Source of the DNA: Hemiscyllium ocellatum
Taxonomy: Eukaryota
Length of the DNA: 64,000 nucleotides
Direction of reading: 5' to 3'
Assembly (NCBI RefSeq): GCF_020745735.1
Contig: NC_083409.1
Span: 14,913,873-14,977,872 of the forward strand
Shown: piece after piece, positions 1-12,897 of the stretch
Layout of the letters: the number at the start of each line of letters is the position of its first letter
Position numbering within the stretch: position 1 is the first letter of the stretch
Position numbers and translations under genes: made by a program
Notes under the pieces: model-generated
Database searches by the model: none
The model's input: only the letters and a program-made list of their open reading frames with translations
What the model was told of the DNA's origin: nothing

Positions 1-1660
1 CACAGAGGGTTGGTCTACAGATAAAACAAGCAATTAGGAAGGCAAATGGAATTTTGTCCTTCATTGCTAAAGGGATTGAGTTCAAAAAGCGGGAAGATTA
101 TGTTGCAGCTGTACAGGGTGCTGGTGAGACCACACCTGGAGTACTGCATGCAGTAATGGTCTCCTTACTTGAAAAAGGCAATACTGGCACTAGAGGGGTG
201 CAGAGAAAGTTCACCAGGCTGATTCTGGGGTGGAGGGGTTTCGCTTATGAAGGGAGACTGTGTAGACTGGGATCTATTCATTGGAACTTAGAAGAATGAG
301 GGGAATCTTATAGAAACAAATAAAATTATAAAGAGAATAGATAAGACAGAAGTAGAGAGGATGTCCTCACTGGCAGGTGAAACTAAAACAAGAGGGTTTA
401 ACCTCAAAATTAGGGGGAGCAGATTTAGGACTGAATTGAGAAGGAACCTCTTATCCAGAGGGTCATAAATCTATGAAATTCCTTGCTCAATGAAGAAATT
501 GATGCTACTTCAGTAAATGTTTTAAAGCTAAGTAGATTTTTTTGAACAATAAAGGAATTAAGAGATACAGTGAGAGTAAATGCCAAGTCTTGAACTTCAG
601 AAAAAAGACTACAGGCATGGACAATTTTCTAAACGGTGAGAACATTCATAAAGCCAAAGTACAAAGTGATCTGGGAATGCTAGTCCCGGATTCTCTAAAG
701 GTTAACTTGCAGGTTGAATCCGTGGTTAAGAAAGCAAATGTAATGTTGTCATTTATCTCGAGCTGAAAAATGTGTTGCTGAAAATGCGCAGCAGGAATGA
801 AAAAGGGCTTATGCCTGAAACATCAATTCTCCTGCTCCTTGGATGCTGCCTGACCTGTTGCACTTGTCCAGCAACACATTTTTCAGCTCTGATCTCCAGC
901 ATCTGCAGTCCTCACTTTCTCCAGTTTATCTCAAGAGGGTTGGAATGTAAAATGAGATGTGCTACTGAGACTTTATAAAGCTCTGGTTAGGCCCCATTTA
1001 GTCCACTTTTGTGCCCCACACCTCAGGAAGGACATATTGATACTGGACCGTGTCCAGTGGAGATTCACATGGGTGAGCCCTGGAATGGTAATCCTAATAT
1101 ATGATGAATGGCTGAGGATCTTGGGATTGTATTCATTCGACTTTAGAAGGGGAGATCTAATAGAAACTTACAAGATAATGCATGGTTTTGAAAGGGTGGA
1201 TGCTGGGAAATTGTTTCCATTAGGTGGGAGTACTAGGACCCGAGGGCACAGCCTTAGAGTTAGAGGGGGTCAGTTTAAAACATAACTGAGGAGACATTTC
1301 TTCAGCTAGAGAGTGATGGGCCTTTGGAATTCATTGCCACAGAGCGCACTGGCGGCTGAAATATTAAATGTCTTCAAGGCAGAGATTGATAAATTCTTAA
1401 TCTTGGAATGAATTAAGGGCTACAGGGAGAGTGTGGGTAACTGTCCTTCAATGCCCATCACCCATGATTGAATGACGGAGTGGACTCGATGGGCCAAATG
1501 GCCTTACTTCCACTCCTTTGTCTTATGGTCTAATGTGGAGCTGAGTCCATGAAAAGATCAGCCATGATCTTATTGAATGGCAGAGCAGGGTTGAAGGGAC
1601 AGATGGCCTACTCCTGCTCCTAGTTCTTATGTTCTTATGTTCCTTGGGAGTACTGAGGAA
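1..1660 (+). mobile_element. Decayed CR1-type LINE 3' RT fragments, with a short Penelope-type terminal remnant at about 762-922
   Basis: ORF 959..1285 reads LYKALVRPHL...ERVQWRFT...LGLYSFDFRRGDLIETYKI, the CR1 RT C-terminus. Many stops and frameshifts. CR1-like tail TTCTTATG repeated near 1623-1640. Confidence 0.8.
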
Positions 1661-1799
1661 CAAAGGGACCTTGGTGTACAACTCCATCAATCCCAGAAGG
1701 TATCAGCATAGCTAGACAGGGTGGTGAAGAAGGCATATGGGATGCCCTATTCCCAGCTGAGAAGGTTGTATAGAGAGGGTTTGTTGTATGTCATTCTTG

Positions 1800-1955
1800 T
1801 ATAAAATTGATTTGTTAAAAGGATGTTGACAAGAACTCACTGATAACTAGAACTAAGCGAGGTTCTGTATTTATCACACCTAATGGATTATACCCAATGG
1901 CAAGTTTTGCTCTGTGGACTTAACAACTCTCCAGTCACATTTGAATGATTATTAT
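1800..1955 (+). mobile_element. Ty3/Gypsy LTR-retrotransposon RT remnant
   Basis: Manual translation across frameshifts gives KIDLLKGC*Q...SVFITPNGLY...VLLCGLNNSPVTFE*L. This matches the Gypsy RT motifs DLLKGYWQ, TPxGLY and PFGLxNAPATFQR. Confidence 0.6.
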
Positions 1956-2353
1956 GAAAGTGAACAAGGTCACACTCCCCCACATTACACTCCATCTGCC
2001 CAATATTTCTTCAAAGCCCAGCTGTATCTAATATTCAGCAGGATGGATCTTCACTGAGAAATAGCCATTTGTAACTAGAATAATGATATCTCTGAGAATC
2101 GCATTTATAATTATTTTATTGAAGCTTTCATTAGGTCTGTGTTGATTGACACAATGTTCAGGTTTGGGCTTTGCTGTCTGTACAAACCATCTGTAATGTC
2201 TTTGCTGCAATGGTTCACATTTACATCATCAAACTCACACCCCAAATATCCCGTCATTATTCTCCATGGGATTCACTGGAATTGGCTCAGATCGAACTCC
2301 CAGCAGCTGAAATGGAGGGAGGGATACGGCTTAGAGAGCAAGAGATGGAGCAC

Positions 2354-2356
<3 letters not shown>

Positions 2357-2388
<32 letters not shown>
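2357..2388 (+). repeat. (GA)16 microsatellite within a GA-rich tract (about 2310-2510)
   Basis: Read directly from the sequence. Confidence 0.95.
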
Positions 2389-2393
<5 letters not shown>

Positions 2394-3320
2394 CACTAAG
2401 AGAGAGGGGGATAGAGCTTGGACAGAGAAAGAGGAATGGAACTCAGAGTGAGATCTATGCAGCTGAGTTAGAGAGGGGTGGGGAGAGAGAATGAGTGAGA
2501 GAGATGGAGTCAAGGAGTTCTATGTCAAAGATAAATTATACTCTGTTAAAGATTGCACTGGATGAATGCTGACTCTCTGACTCTATGAACACTACCTACA
2601 AAGCTGTCTAACTTTGTGTCATTAGCAAACTAGAGTATCTGACTTTCTATGCCATTATCCAATGCATTAATAAATAATGTAAATAATTGAGGTGTGCGCA
2701 CACATTCCTATTGGACACCACTGGTCACATCCTGCCAATTTCAGCACTTATCCATGATCCCTATTTTCTGTCACCTGTCAACCAATTTCGGTATGGCAGT
2801 ATTTTAGCCTCAATTCTGTGGATTTCTAACTGAGTTGAACAGTTTCTTACATGGGATTTTATCAAATGCCTTCTGGAAGTCCCTATAAACAACATCCATT
2901 GACATTACTGTGTCCAGTAATTTTGTTTCCTCTTCAAAAATGTTCAGTGAGATTTTTTCACCATGACCAACTTGTCATGAATCTATGCTGATTCTCCCTG
3001 ATTAACTGACCATTTTCAAGGTCTTCAGTTACCCCCATCCTTGATTATAGACTACAACAATTTCCACACCACAAACGTTGGCTTCGTGACCTGTAATTCC
3101 CTGGTTTTTCTCTAACATTCTTGTTAAATGTGAAATGAAATTTGCAATTTTCCAATTCAGAGGTACGACTCCTGAAGCCAGGTAACTCTGAAAGATTATA
3201 GTCAGGGTGTCTGCAATGTGGTCTATTACTACTTTATCACCCTCAGGTCCTGAGGATTTGTCACTCTTTAGTTCCATTATTTTCCTTATTACACATGTTC
3301 TATTGACATTAACTTTATTC

Positions 3321-3599
3321 AGGTGACACAGTGGTTAGCACTGCTGCCTCACAGCACCAGAGTCCCAGGTTCAATTCCAGCCTTGGGCAACTGCCTGTGT
3401 GGAGTTTGCACATTGTCTGCATGGGTTTCCTTCTACTATCCAAAGATGTGCAGGTCAGATGAATTGGCCATACTAAATTGCCCATAGCGTTAGGTGCATT
3501 AGTCAGAGGGAAAATGGGTCTGGGTGGGTTACTCTTCGGAGGGTCGGTGTGGACCGGTTGGGCCAAAAGGCATGTTTGCACACTGCAGGGAATCTAATC
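3321..3599 (+). mobile_element. HE1-like tRNA-derived SINE
   Basis: A-box-like CAGTGGTTAGCA, B-box GGTTCAATTCC, the TGTGTGGAGTTTGCAC core and a CR1-like 3' tail ending AATCTAATC. Further copies at 29637-29903(-), 36108-36310, 36901-37222, 39230-39410(-), 43148-43472, 52716-53030 and partially at 63570-63730. Confidence 0.85.
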
Positions 3600-4695
3600 A
3601 GTCCCTGACACAGATCCTCTGTTAATTCCTTTGGGACTTCAGGCAAGTCCTCTTCCTTTTCTGCTGCAAATCTTGAGGTAAAGTATTTATTTAATATGTC
3701 TGTCATTTCCCCATTGTCACTGACAATATCCCTCACTTTCAGTCTTTAATGGCCAACATTGCTCCTGACCTCCCAGCTTCCCTTTTATGGAACTGGAACA
3801 TTTCTCCTTATTGATTTTGTTATCCCTTACATGTTTCCTTTCAGAATCCCTTATGGTAGCTCTTAGAAGCTGATATGGGGCCCTTTTGTATCCTTCCCAT
3901 TCAGCGGAATCTGTCCTTTTTTTGGCTTTTCTGTAAGCCTTTTTTAACATTTTATTCTTTCCCTTATCTCTTTAATTGACCATTGTTGTTTGTTCGCTTT
4001 TCCCTCTCAGGTATAAACTGGCTTTGTTTTGTGCTGAATGTTCCTTTAAGTATTCCCCACTGTTCTTCAGTTGTTTTACCCATGAGCAGATTTTCCCAGT
4101 TTACTGTGGACTGTCTCTGTCGCATCTCGTTAAAGTCGGCCCTTACCTTAATCTCAAATTCTAGCAGCTGATTCATGCTTTTTACTTTCAAATGCGACAC
4201 TGAACTAGATCATGTTATGATCACTATTTGATAAATATTCATGCACAAATAGTTACAAACTAAATCTGGCTCATTATTCATTACTAATTCCAATATTGCT
4301 TGTCCCCTTTTTGTATCCAGGACCTATTGCTGTTGGAAACTATTCTGGACACACAGCAGCAATTCACTACCTTTCTGACAGAGGGCTTGTCTGTCTCCCA
4401 ATCTAATTTAAAGTTAAACTTCCCCATTAATAATACACTGGCTTTGCTACACACTTGTCTAATTCCTCCATTTATACAATCCAGCACCTCAGAGCTGCTG
4501 TCAGGGGGGTCTGTATCCAACATCTACTACAGTTTTAGATCCTTTCCTGCTTCTCAGTTCCACTGAATGTTTTCTCCTCATTATGACCTCCCTCACCATT
4601 GAAACCGTTTTTTTAACCTCATCAATGAAGCTGCTCCACCTCTTCTGCCATTTCCCTATATCCATCCTGTGAACCTTCTAACCCGATATATATAG

Positions 4696-6848
4696 AACAT
4701 ATAGAAGGATACAGCGCAGTACAGGCCCTTCGGCCCTCGATGTTGCGCCGACCGAGTCCTACCTAACCTATACTAGCCCAATAACTTCCAAATGCCTATC
4801 CAATGCCCGCTTAAATGACCATAAAGAAGGAGAGTTCACCACTGATACGGGCAGGGCATTCCATGAACTCACAACCCGCTGTGTGAAGAATCTACCCCTA
4901 ACATCTGTCCTATACCTACCACCCCTTAATTTAAAGCTATGTCCCCTAGTAACACCTGACTCCATTAGCGGTAAAAGGTTCTTAGTATCTACCCTATCTA
5001 AACCCCTAATCATCTTATACACTTCTATCAGATCTCCCCTAAACCTTCTCTTCTCCAATGAGAACAGCCCCAAGTGCCTCAGCCTTTCCTCATAAGATTT
5101 TCCTACCATTCCAGGCAACATCCTGGTAAACCTCCTCTGCACTCGTTCTAAAGCTTCCACATCCTTCCTATAGTATGGCGACCAAAACTGCACACAATAC
5201 TCCAGATGAGGCCGCACCAGAGTCTTATACAACTGCAACATGACCTCAGGACTCCGGAACTCAATTCCTCTGCCAATAAAGCCCAGTACACCATATGCCT
5301 TCCTCACAGCACTATTTACCTGGGTGGCAACTTTCAGAGATCTGTGTACATGGACACCAAGATCCCTCTGCTCATCCACACTACCAAGTAGCCTACCATT
5401 AGCCCAGTAATCCATCATCTTGTTATTCCTACCAAAGTGAACGACTTCGCACTTAGCTACATTGAATTCCATTTGCCACATTTCCGCCCAGCTCTGCAAC
5501 TTATCTATATCCCGCTGTAACCTACCACTTCCTTCCTCACTATCCACAACTCCACCGACTTTTGTGTCATCCGCAAACTTGCTTACCCAGCTTTCAAGTC
5601 CTTCCTCTAGATCATTTATAAAGATAACAAAAAGCAATGGTCCCAAAACAGATCCTTGTGGTACACCGCTAGTAACTGTGCTCCAAGATGAACATAATCC
5701 ATCAACTACTACCCTCTGTCTCCTTCCAGCCAGCCAATTCCTAATCCAAACCTCTAATGTATCCTCAATGCCATACCTCCGAAGTTTTAGCATTAGCCTA
5801 CCATGGGGAACCTTATCGAACGCCTTACTAAAATCCATATACACAACATCTACTGCTTTACCCTCATCCACTTCCTTGGTCACCTTCTCAAAGAACTCAA
5901 TAAGGTTTGTGAGGCACGACCTGCCCTTCACAAAACCATGCTGGCTATCCTTGATCACGTTATTCCTACCCAGATGTTCATAAATCTTATCCCTTACCAT
6001 TCTCTCTAAGACTTTGCCCACCACTGAAGTCAGACTCACTGGCCTATAGTTGCTAGGGCTATCCCTACTCCCTTTCTTGAACAATGGGACCACATTCGCT
6101 ATCCTCCAGTCCTCTGGTACTATTCCTGTTGACAACGACGACATAAAAATCCAGGCCAATGGCTCTGCTATCTCCTCCCTAGCTTCCCATAGGATCCTGG
6201 GGTAAATGCCATCAGGCCCAGGAGACTTATCTATATTCATCCTTTCCAATATTCCCAAAACCTCTTCCCTGCATATTTCCAGGGCATCCATTCTAATTAT
6301 TTGTGATTCCATATTCACATCAGCAACAGTGCCCTGTTCCTGAGTGAATACTGATGAAAAGTACTGATTTAATGTCTCTCCAATCTCCTCCGCCTCCACA
6401 CACAACTTCCCACTACTATCCTTGACTGGACCGATACCTACCCTAGTCATCCTTTTATTCTTGACATACCTATAGAAAGCCTTTGGGTTTTCCCTAATCC
6501 TACCAGCTAAAGACTTTTCATGTCCCCTTCTCGCTTCTCTTAGCTCCCTCTTTAGCTCCTTCCTGGCTACCTTATAACACTCAATCGCCCCTACTGAACC
6601 TTCACGCCTCATCTTTACATATGCCGCCTTCTTCCCTTTCACAAGGGACTCCAATTCCTTACTAAACCACGGCTGCCTTACCAGGCCCTTTACACCATGC
6701 CTGACTGGTACATACCTATCGAGGACACGCAGTAGCTGCTCCTTGAACACTCCCCACATCTCATTAGTGTTCTTCTCTTGAAGCCTGTTTTTCCAATCCA
6801 CACATCCTAAGTCATGCCTCACTGCATCATAATTTCCCTGCCCCCAGC
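4696..6848 (-). mobile_element. Young 5'-truncated CR1 LINE insertion
   Basis: Uninterrupted RT frame and a 3' hairpin GGCC-GAAG-GGCC. Terminal TTCTATATG-type repeats. Candidate TSD TATAG at 4691-4695 and 6849-6853. Confidence 0.9.
4768..6848 (-). CDS. CR1 ORF2 reverse transcriptase, lacking the endonuclease domain and its natural start (5'-truncated)
   Basis: Motifs [57 protein letters not shown] and KFADDTK in an open frame of about 690 codons. The first ~20 aa of the supplied 712-aa ORF come from flanking DNA. Confidence 0.92.
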
Positions 6849-8514
6849 TATAGTTCCCAATCTGAATGATTCTGCAACTATGTCTCATTATTTGATACGA
6901 TACCACAATCTTAAATTTGAATTTGTGCCTGCAGATTATTGTATTTATTCCTTACGCTTCATGCATTCGGATATAGAACTCTTATTTAGTCCATTCATTG
7001 GAATCTGTTCCTCAGCACTGATGCTGTATTCACCTCTTTCTTATTTCTCTCCATCTGTCTAATCAATATCCTTCTGATAGCTTTCCTGATATTGTCCAAA
7101 TAGGGCCTTTTGCCGATTTTTGTTGACGTTGTTGGTCCCGACACAGACAACAACAACTGGATCCTCAACCCCCACCCCCCCCACCCCCCAAGTCTGTTAT
7201 ACTTAAAAGCCGGCTCGAGATGCCCTTACCTTGAAACCAGGCAGGCAACACACCATGTGGGGCTCTCAATCCTGCTCACAAAGGATGCTATCAGTTCCCC
7301 TCATTATCAAGACCCCTCTTTTCTTTATGCTCCCCCAGTCTGAGTGGTCTCCTGGACCATGGTGCAGTGGTTTCCTTCATTCATTCATAGGAAATGGACA
7401 TCTCTGGCCAAGCCAGCAATGACTGCCCGTAGGAGTCATCGAATCATAGAATCCATACCGTGTGAAACAGGCCATTCAGACCAATGAGTCCACACCAACA
7501 TTCTGAAGAGCATCCCACCCAGACTTGTCTCCCTACCTTATCCCTGTAAATCTGCATCTCCCATGGCTAATGCACCTAACCTACACATCCCTACATTTTC
7601 CCCAGTTTAGGCATTATAATTTCTGCCCTATCTTTATCTTTTTATATAATGACTTTGAAACTTACAGAGTTATGGTCACTATCACCAAAATCCTCAAACT
7701 ACATTTTCCCATTCTCCCGACAATCCTTTTCCTCATTGACACAGGGAGCAAGTACCTCATTCCTGTTGGACAAGGAGCTGAGGCACCTGTAAGGCTAAAT
7801 CCAGGCTGCATCGACCTGTTCACTTTTGGTCACACCCTCCTGTCCCTGACCACTGGCCATAATTTGAAGTATTTAACCTACAAGGTGTGACTGTCTCCCC
7901 AAACACAGTGTCCAGGTAACTCTCCCCCTCCCTGATGTGTCGCAGTGTTTGAAGCTCAGATTCCAGCTCATCAACTCTGAGCTGGAGTGCCTTGAGCAAC
8001 CAACACTTGCTGTAGATGTGGTCACTCTGAGCTACAATGGGCTCCACCAGCTTCCCCATCGTACAATTACTACACATCGCCCGGCCCTGTATGTGGAAAT
8101 TATTTGAGGAGTTTTTAATTTATATTTTAAAATTTGCTGCTGGTCTTTAGTTTTTAATCTGTAAAATATTTCAGTCCAGGAGACAGAGAATGTGCCAGCA
8201 CAGGAGGAGGCTGTTCAGCCCCTCGTGTCAGTGCTAGCTGTTTACGAGCCTCAATCACAATGAACATCTCCATTGAATGTCTGTTGTCAGGAAGTGGTTG
8301 AGTCTGTTTTTAGAGACAGAATAACGGACAAATATGAACTGGTCCGAGAGAGTCAGTCTGGATTGACAAAGGTTCAGACATCTTTAACTAACCGGGTTAC
8401 ACTTTGTTAGGAGCTCACTGGTGTGGGATATAAGGGAATGTCGATGGCTATTGTCTATAGGGAATTCCAAAAGACATTTAAGAATGTTCCACAAAAGAAA
8501 CATTGATTCAGACC

Positions 8515-8652
8515 TTACACTCCACAACCATCTGATGAAGGAGCAGCGCTCCAAACGCTGATGCTTCCAAACAAACCTGTTGCATTAGAACCTGGTGTTG
8601 TGTGATTTTTAACATTTACACGACAGTCCAACACCGGCATCTCCAAATCATG
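8515..8652 (+). mobile_element. Penelope-type terminal fragment (family 2) with a decayed hammerhead
   Basis: CTGATGA-A-GGAGC-AGC-GCTCC followed by a mutated GAAA. Same downstream sequence as 44221-44310 and 44595-44720. Confidence 0.65.
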
Positions 8653-8879
8653 GAATTGGATGGAATTTGAGAAATGCATTTACCTTGGGTCAGGAATGGG
8701 TCTGTCTAAGAGACAGAGAGGAAGGATAATGTGCGTGTGTTCCAATGAGCCAGATGTGAGTAGTGGTATTCCCAGGGATCTGTGCTGGGACCTCAGCTTT
8801 TCACGATATTTCTCAATGACTTGGATGAAGAAACAGAGAGCCATATATCCAAGATTATTGATCACAGTGAGTGAGGCAG

Positions 8880-9330
8880 CTTGGAGGAAGTCACAGAGAT
8901 AGGGAGGGTGGAAGAACAGGGAGCAGATTGAGAACAAGGATGAGAATTTGAAAATCGAGGTGTTGCTGGACCAGGAGCTTATGTCAGTCAGTGAGGATTG
9001 TGATGGTCATGGTGGAGTAGGGAGGCGTGGACAGGAGTATGGGGTGGACTTGGTGTGAGTTTGAACACTGACAGCAGAGTTTGGGATGAGCTGATGTTTA
9101 CGGAAGTCAGTAGCTGTGATGTGGGCGTGGATAACATTGGAATGGTCTCAAAAACATGGTTGAGATTTTCAGTGGCTGATAATCGTGATGTGGAGGATTT
9201 GGGCCTCAAATCAGCCCCAAAGATGAGGCCAAAGTTGTAAAGAGTCTGGTAGAGCAGCAGACAGTGCTCAGGGAGAGGGATGGAGTTTGTACTGGGAGCT
9301 GAAGAGGATGGCTTTGATCCTGCCAATGTG
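8880..9330 (-). mobile_element. L2-type LINE 3' fragment (paralogue at 62770-63235, +)
   Basis: The paralogue translates as LQLIQNYAARI...LYWLLVKQHLDFQILIVVLKSL, the typical L2 RT C-terminus. Confidence 0.65.
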
Positions 9331-9416
9331 TTTCCCAGTGAGCCTGGCTCCTCAGTCCTGACTGGTCTTAGCTGCTGTGATTGTCACTGATTGGACACTT
9401 ATTATTAGAGATTCTG

Positions 9417-9522
9417 ACCACAGCAGAAAGCCCCAGTGCAACAAATAACTGCAAAGACTGTCAGAGCGCAAGGTTGCAACTTCACCAAGAGAGGAAGTGA
9501 AAGAAGGAGCTCGGAGCAGCTG
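9417..9522 (+). promoter_or_regulatory. Candidate B-cell enhancer (RUNX + Ets/IRF composite + E-box)
   Basis: ACCACA at 9417-9422, GGAAGTGAAA (EICE, GGAAnnGAAA) at 9493-9502 and CAGCTG at 9517-9522. All three are retained in the inverted copy at 62581-62686. Confidence 0.45.
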
Positions 9523-12500
9523 GGTGTTTGTTACTGAGACAGGAGAAAACTGTGAACTGTCTGCACTCCCTGGAATCTGACAGCACAGGAGGAGGCCATT
9601 CAGCCCATCATGCCTTTGAATGACCCAGTTAATCCCACTGCTCCCCTCTCTCTCCCCGTAACCAAGCAAATCTTTCTTTTATAGCTCAATCTCCAATTCC
9701 CTCTTATAGACCTCATGTCCACAGAGTGAGACTGCCCTGAACCTGGACTTCAAATTGGCATCTCATTCATTCATTGGGAGACAAACTGCCTGGGCTGGGA
9801 AATGGAGCTCAGGATCCTGAACATTCCCTCTCCCCTCCTGAGGGACACTTCATTTGGTTTTACATATTCACCTGTGGGAAGTGGGCATCACCGGCTGGGC
9901 CAACATTTTTTACCCTGTCCCTAGTTGCCCTGGAGAAGGTGGTGGGAAGCTGCCATCTTGAATTGTTATCGTCCACAAGCTGTAAGTTGACCCACAATGC
10001 CAGCATTTTAACCCAGCAAGGCTGAGGGATCAGCGACATATTTTCAAGTCCGGATGCTAAGCTTTTTCGAGGGGAACTTGCAGCTCACAGTGTTCCCATG
10101 TATCTGCTGCTCTTGTTCTAAATGGAAGTGAACGTGGGTTTGAAGGGAAACCAAAAGAACTGCAGATGCTGTAAATCTGAGACAAAAATAGAAAGTGCTG
10201 GAAAAGCTCAGCAGGTCTGGCAGCATCTGTGAAGAGAAATCAGAGTTAATATTTCATACTCAACCCGAAATGTTAATTCTGATTTCTCTCCAAGATGCTG
10301 CCAGACCTGCTGAGCTTTTCCTGAAATTTCTATTTTTGTCCATGGGTTTGGAAGGTGCTATCTGAAGATCAGTGATGAATTTCTGCAGTGCATCTTATCG
10401 ATAATACACACTGCTGCTATGGAGCGTCAGTGACGGTGAGTTTGGGTGTTTTGAGAATGCGATGCCAATCAAGGAGTTTGCTTTGCTCTGGATGGTATCA
10501 AGCTTTTTGAGTGGATAAGAAAGACATAGGATACAATCGACATAGATAGGAAAGGTTTCAAGGGATATGTGTGAAACGCAGGCAAATAAGATGAGTTCAC
10601 TTCAGAAAACTTGGTCAGCATGTAGAAGTTTGGCTTAAGGGTTTGTTTCTGTGCTGTTTGACTCTGTGACACTATCAATCAATGAATGTTGTTGGAGCTG
10701 CACCTGTCCAGGCAAGTGGGGAGTATTTGCTCACACTCCTGACTTGGTTGACAGGCTTTGGGGGATCAGGAGGTGAATTACTGGATGCAGTATTCCTAGC
10801 CTCTAACTTGCTCTTGTAACCACTGTGTTTCTTTGGTGAATACAGTTGTGTTTCTGGTCAATGACACCTCAAGAATGTTGATAGTGGGGATTCAGTGATG
10901 GTAATAGCATTGATTGTCAAGGGGCGATGTTTAGATTGTCTCTTATTGGTGATGGTGATTGGCTGGCATTTGCATGGCACCAATGGGAAATGTCACTTCT
11001 CAGACAAAACTTGGATATTGTCCAGATATTGTTGCATTTGCATGTGGACTGCTTCAGTATCTGAGGAGTTGGGAAGAGTGCTGAGCATTGTGCAATAAGA
11101 GTTTGCCTTGAGTTGCAATATCTGTTCGGAGTCTGTCCTATTTAGTACGGTGATAGTACCACACAACACAATGGAGGGGATTCTCAATGTGAAGGACAGA
11201 CTTTGTTTCCACAAGGACTGTGTGATGGTCACTCTTACCAATACTGTCAAGGATAGATGCATCTACAGCCATAAGATTGGTGAGGATGGGGTCAAGCAAC
11301 TTTTTCCATCTCTTTGGTTCCAGCTGCAGAGCCAGTCCCTCAGCTACATCCATGAGGAACCAACCAGCTCGATCAGTAATGCTGCTGCCGAGCCACTCTC
11401 AGTGGTGGACATTGAAACCCCCCCACACAGAGTACACTCTCTGCTGTCATCACCCTCAGTGCTTTCTCCAAATGTTGTTCAACATCCAGGAGAGACTGAT
11501 TCATCAGCCGAGGGAGCAAGATATCTTGTAATCACCAGGAGGTTTCCACGCCCATGTTTAACCTGGTGTCATGAGTCTTCACGGGAGACAACTTTGAGAC
11601 TTCCCAGGGTAACTCCCTTCTGGCCGTAGACCACTGTGTCATCAGCTCTGCTGGGTCTGCCTTTCTGGTAGGACAGGACACATGCAGGGACAGTGATGGT
11701 GGTGTCTGGGGCATTGTCTGTAAGGTATGGTTCTGTGAGTGTGACTGTGTCAGACTGTTGCTTGAGTCATCTGTGAGACAGCTCTCCTGAATTTGGCACT
11801 AACTCCCAGATGTCAGTAAGGAGGATGGAGCAGGGTAGACAGGGTTGTTTCTGTCATTGTCTTTTTGGTGTCTAGATCGATGCCTGTGGTCCGTCCGGTC
11901 TCATTTCTTTGTTGAAACATTGTCATAATTGATACAACTGAGAGCCTTGCTCGGCCATTTCAGAGGGCACTAGAGAGTCAACCACATTGCTAGAGGACAG
12001 TGCCGTGTACCCCGGCAGTACATTCCGACATCCCCCACTTCCCCATTCTGTATATGGAAGGCGGAGCCTGCCAGCAGGATATTCACCCGCAGGATCTATC
12101 ACAGCCCGTGTGCAATTCTGTCCCCACATTAAATCCACACAAATCCTGAATTCACATAACTCCTTCGATGTCCAAGCATTCCAAGAATGTTCACAAAGTT
12201 GCAGTAAGAGGGATGGGGGAGAGGGTGGAGGAACATAAGAACTAGGAGCAGGAGCAGGCAATTCAGCCCCTCGAGCCCACTCCACCATTTAATACAATCA
12301 TGGCTGATCCCATCTCAGACTCAACTCCACTTTCCTGCCCACTTTCCATCATCCTTTAACCCATTACCCATTAAATATCTGTCCATCTCCTCCTTGGTGT
12401 GAGACAGGGAAGGGACCTCTCCATTCAGAAAAGACTGACCATGGAAGGGGAAGGAGAGGGGAAAGGATTGGAACATGTTGTGAATGGACAGGATGGGTCA

Positions 12501-12819
12501 GTGGGTCAGAGCCTCTCCTGTCTCCCCTCGAACTCACGCTGATGATCTGAGGATCTCCTCTCTCTGCTGGGCCTTCACGGAATGAGGTTTGTGTCCAAAT
12601 CAGTCCCCAGTGAGAATAGGCCAACAGCACAGAACTGCCCTTCATTTGACCAGAATCTGTCCATCTTCCTGAGAAAGACCAAACCCTGGTCAACGTGGAA
12701 ATAGGGCCTTACCCAAGGAGAAGACAGGGGTCAAGGGTTAACATCCATTAGTGGGGCAAAGCAGAGGGAGATTTATCCTGCATTCAACTGTCACCACCCA
12801 GGACACTATCAGAAAGAGA

Positions 12820-12860
12820 GAGCAGTGAGCAGAGAGAGAGAGAGATGGAGGGAAAAATAA

Positions 12861-12897
<37 letters not shown>

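Larger units (their letters stand above)
3600..8090 (-). mobile_element. Old, largely full-length decayed CR1 LINE (ORF1 plus endonuclease/RT remnants), split by a younger CR1
   Basis: ORF 7820..8077(-) reads CSNCTMGKL...KCWLLKALQLRVDELESELQTLR, a CR1 ORF1 zinc-finger/leucine-zipper N-terminus. Endonuclease-like sequence flanks the insertion at about 4400-4690 and 6850-6970. Confidence 0.7.

Noticed and set aside
3321-3400. tRNA genes suggested by A/B boxes here and at 36108, 43148 and 52716
   Set aside because: These are SINE heads that continue into the HE1-like body and CR1-like tail. There is no cloverleaf or discrete tRNA end.
4883-6009. Plus-strand ORFs of 61-173 aa overlapping the CR1 RT
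   Set aside because: Antisense shadows of the CR1 ORF2.
10968-11043. Two canonical octamers ATTTGCAT (10968-10975, 11036-11043)
   Set aside because: They lie inside a decayed LINE-like fragment far from any TATA or leader and have no counterpart in the other arm.
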